Positions 57,001-60,000 of a stretch of 64,000 nucleotides of DNA are shown here, piece by piece. The stretch's first letter is position 1; each line of letters begins with the position of its first letter. The DNA is taken from contig JAJDCA010000075.1 in NCBI GenBank assembly GCA_029261055.1, positions 77,573 to 141,572 of the forward strand, written 5' to 3'. A program made the position numbers and the translations under genes. The notes beneath the pieces are model-generated. The model saw only the letters and a program-made list of their open reading frames with translations. It did not search any database and had not been told where the DNA came from. Source of the DNA: Candidatus Omnitrophota bacterium. GTDB lineage: Bacteria > Omnitrophota > Gorgyraeia > Zapsychrales > Zapsychraceae.

Positions 57001-60000
57001 AGCATTTTGCAGCAGGTTATGTGCTTCATCCCAAGATAGCAGTTCTCTATGCCTGGCGTGAACAGCCCGATGGGTCAAAAGGTGAACGGTTGGCCCGTGT
57101 GGTTGTCATGCAGACACCCCAAGGATTGATTCTTTTAAGTAATCTCAAGACGAGCACGGATTTGGAGTTGGGCAAGGCCTTCTCTGAATTCCTCTGGCGG
57201 TGGTCGCGGAAGGCAAATATTCCTTTGATGAGATTGGAAGGTGAATCTTTTCCATGGTTGACACTCCCGGCGGATACAGCTTCAGAAAAGATGGTCGTAG
57301 AGTTTCCTGCGGGAGGCCTTAGAGGAGAGTTTTATTCCGATGTCCTATTATGGGTAACCACATTTCCAATGGAAAGGATCTTAAACGTTCAACGTTATGT
57401 TCCTGAAACAATCGAGACGCATATGTTTTGGGCGGGGCATATTCAACCGGCCAATGGAAGTGAAGTGATCGTCACAGATGATAAGTCCATAGCTCTCACG
57501 TTTGCTTTGGCGCTGGACAAAAAAGAATTAGATGAATCCAAGTTGATTGATCAAATAGGGCTTAAAGGATTTGTGCATTTTAGGTATTCCGCAATTGTTG
57601 ACGGACATCCGCATGAGTATGACTGGTCAACGCCGGAACAGGATCTACCTTTGAATTGGGCGTCATTAAAAGTCATTGGACGTGATAAAGATAATAATTA
57701 TCTGATATCGGCAAAGTTTCATCCACCGAAGGAAATGATTTCTATCCGGTTCATCATCAGACTGCATACGAGGACGGGGCAAGAAATTTGGTTGAGCAAT
57801 TATACCGAAGACAACAATTGGGTGTGGACGGTAAATCGGGGAACGGTGATGAATGTAATAGTTCCTTTCCTTCTTTTTGCGTTCATCTATATGATCACCG
57901 GGGTAGCGTCTGTTTGGGCGGAAGGGGTGGTTGATAGGATGGAGCTTGGGATAAATGATGGAAAATGGGAATGGTTGGTGCGTATGGTTGCCGGCGTAGG
58001 AATTGTGGGAGGGCTAATAAGTCCGTTAGCTAAGAGAGATGCTGGGGTAAATCCATTTAAGAAAAGGCATGAAGAAATAAAACGAGAAAGAAAAGAGAAA
58101 GAAGCTATTCAAAATAAGGACACTCGTCCTGTTGACCAAGTAAAGGTTGTTGTGCCGCTCGTCGAACAGAATAATAATTTTATAAAAATTAAATCGGAAA
58201 AAAGTGCGCAGGCAGCTAAGTTAACATGGAATGGCCTCGAGAAAATTAGTGCCTTTTTTCAGATTATATTGCAACTAAAAAGGTTAATAATTAATTTTAC
58301 TTCTTTTGACATCAACAAGATACGCGAAATGGTATTTGGACCTTTTATTCTCATTGTTTTTATCATTGGTTTGATAGACCTGTTTACGCATGTTGAAACT
58401 GGCGTGGTGAATCATTGGCCAGTGGATTTGATGATTCCCTTGATGATGTTTAATAAAGTTCGTTTAGGGGATTTGGATAGGTTATTAAAGCGATTTAAAT
58501 GGAATGGTGTTTTCATAAAGGATCTTCCAATACACACAATTAGTCCAAGTTTTTATGAACATCAAATCGATAAGGACACTAAGATTACTTTGATAGAATT
58601 TATTCTGGAGGAAGGTAAGCAGAATAGAAAAAAATGGTATGTAAATAATCATCTGATTGGAGCCGCAAAGCTGACTGAAATAGAATTGAAAAAATATCTT
58701 CTGGATGACATATTCGATGTGTATTCGATTTTACTGCAAAAGAATGAGATTATTTCGAGCAAACAAATTTTAAAATTGTTAAGAAATAAATTAAAAGTGA
58801 TTAGTACTATTCGACAACTTGAACGATCGCTCCAGTGGCTAGAATTAAAATGGTTTCCGGTTCGACGCATGCCGATAAGGAAAAGGTATGAGGTAGGGCG
58901 TATTATTGATTTGGGCTGGGAGGTAAGCGGGGTTGTGAGTACAATGCCTAATATCATCAGTTCACATAATTGGGGTAAAAAATTACATAAACAATGGAAT
59001 GTCGATGGGAAAATTAACGGGATATTAATTTCTAAGCGAATTAATGTAATTAAAGAAATATATAAATTACAAAAAACTAGGGATATCATTGACGGAAATA
59101 AACGTAAAACAGTTGATGCCTTAAATAAAATTTTAAATAATTGGGAAAAATTAGATGAAGGGTCTCCACGCATTTCAAGATTAGATCTATTTGGGTATGA
59201 ACCAATATTACTCTATTTGGGTAAGAGTCGTACTGAATCTGAATTGAGGGTTTTTCCTGATTTAATGCAATTGCAACCAAAAGAACGTGAAAAGAAATTG
59301 CAGTTTGTATCAGGAGTAACAGATGATGAAATTGAAAGGTTGATTGGAGGTAAGAAAAAAAGAATTCTGTTTGCTCAAACAAGGAATAATAATTTTCAGA
59401 AGTTATCTCCAGAATATTGGATAAGATTAGCCTATAGTTTAGGATTTCGGGATTCTTTTATCCTTCTTGCAGGAGATGAACAAGATAATATTTTGCCTAT
59501 TATTGATATTCCTTACCGCATTAGGTTGTTACGATTATCGAAGGGGTTGAAGCGGGAGGATCTTGCAAAGAAATTAGGTGTGTCGAGAGAAATGATATCT
59601 AAATGGGAAAATGTAAATAAACCTTTGAAAATTTTACAAAAGTATCGTGCAGATCTTGCTGCTATTTTGGGAGTTAAGGAAGAAGATTTATTTGCTCAAA
59701 AGAAAAAGTCAGAAATGGAAGTTCATGGGGAAAGGGGGCCTGTTTGGTTTACAAAGAAAATCCCTGTAGCTCTCCAAGGAGCGCTGGCTGAATATGTTAA
59801 AGATATCCCTATCGGAGAGGCTCATGAGGTGAAGGTTAATACTGTGGGAAGCACCTTGGGGGACGTGATCCATAATTTACGTGAAGCATATCCAAAACTG
59901 GGGCGGAATCTTTTAAGCGAAAGGGGACAGTTGGATGTGCGGATCCATATCGAGGTTGATGGAAAAAGAGTGGACGGTCATTCTGACTGGGCGGCCATCC

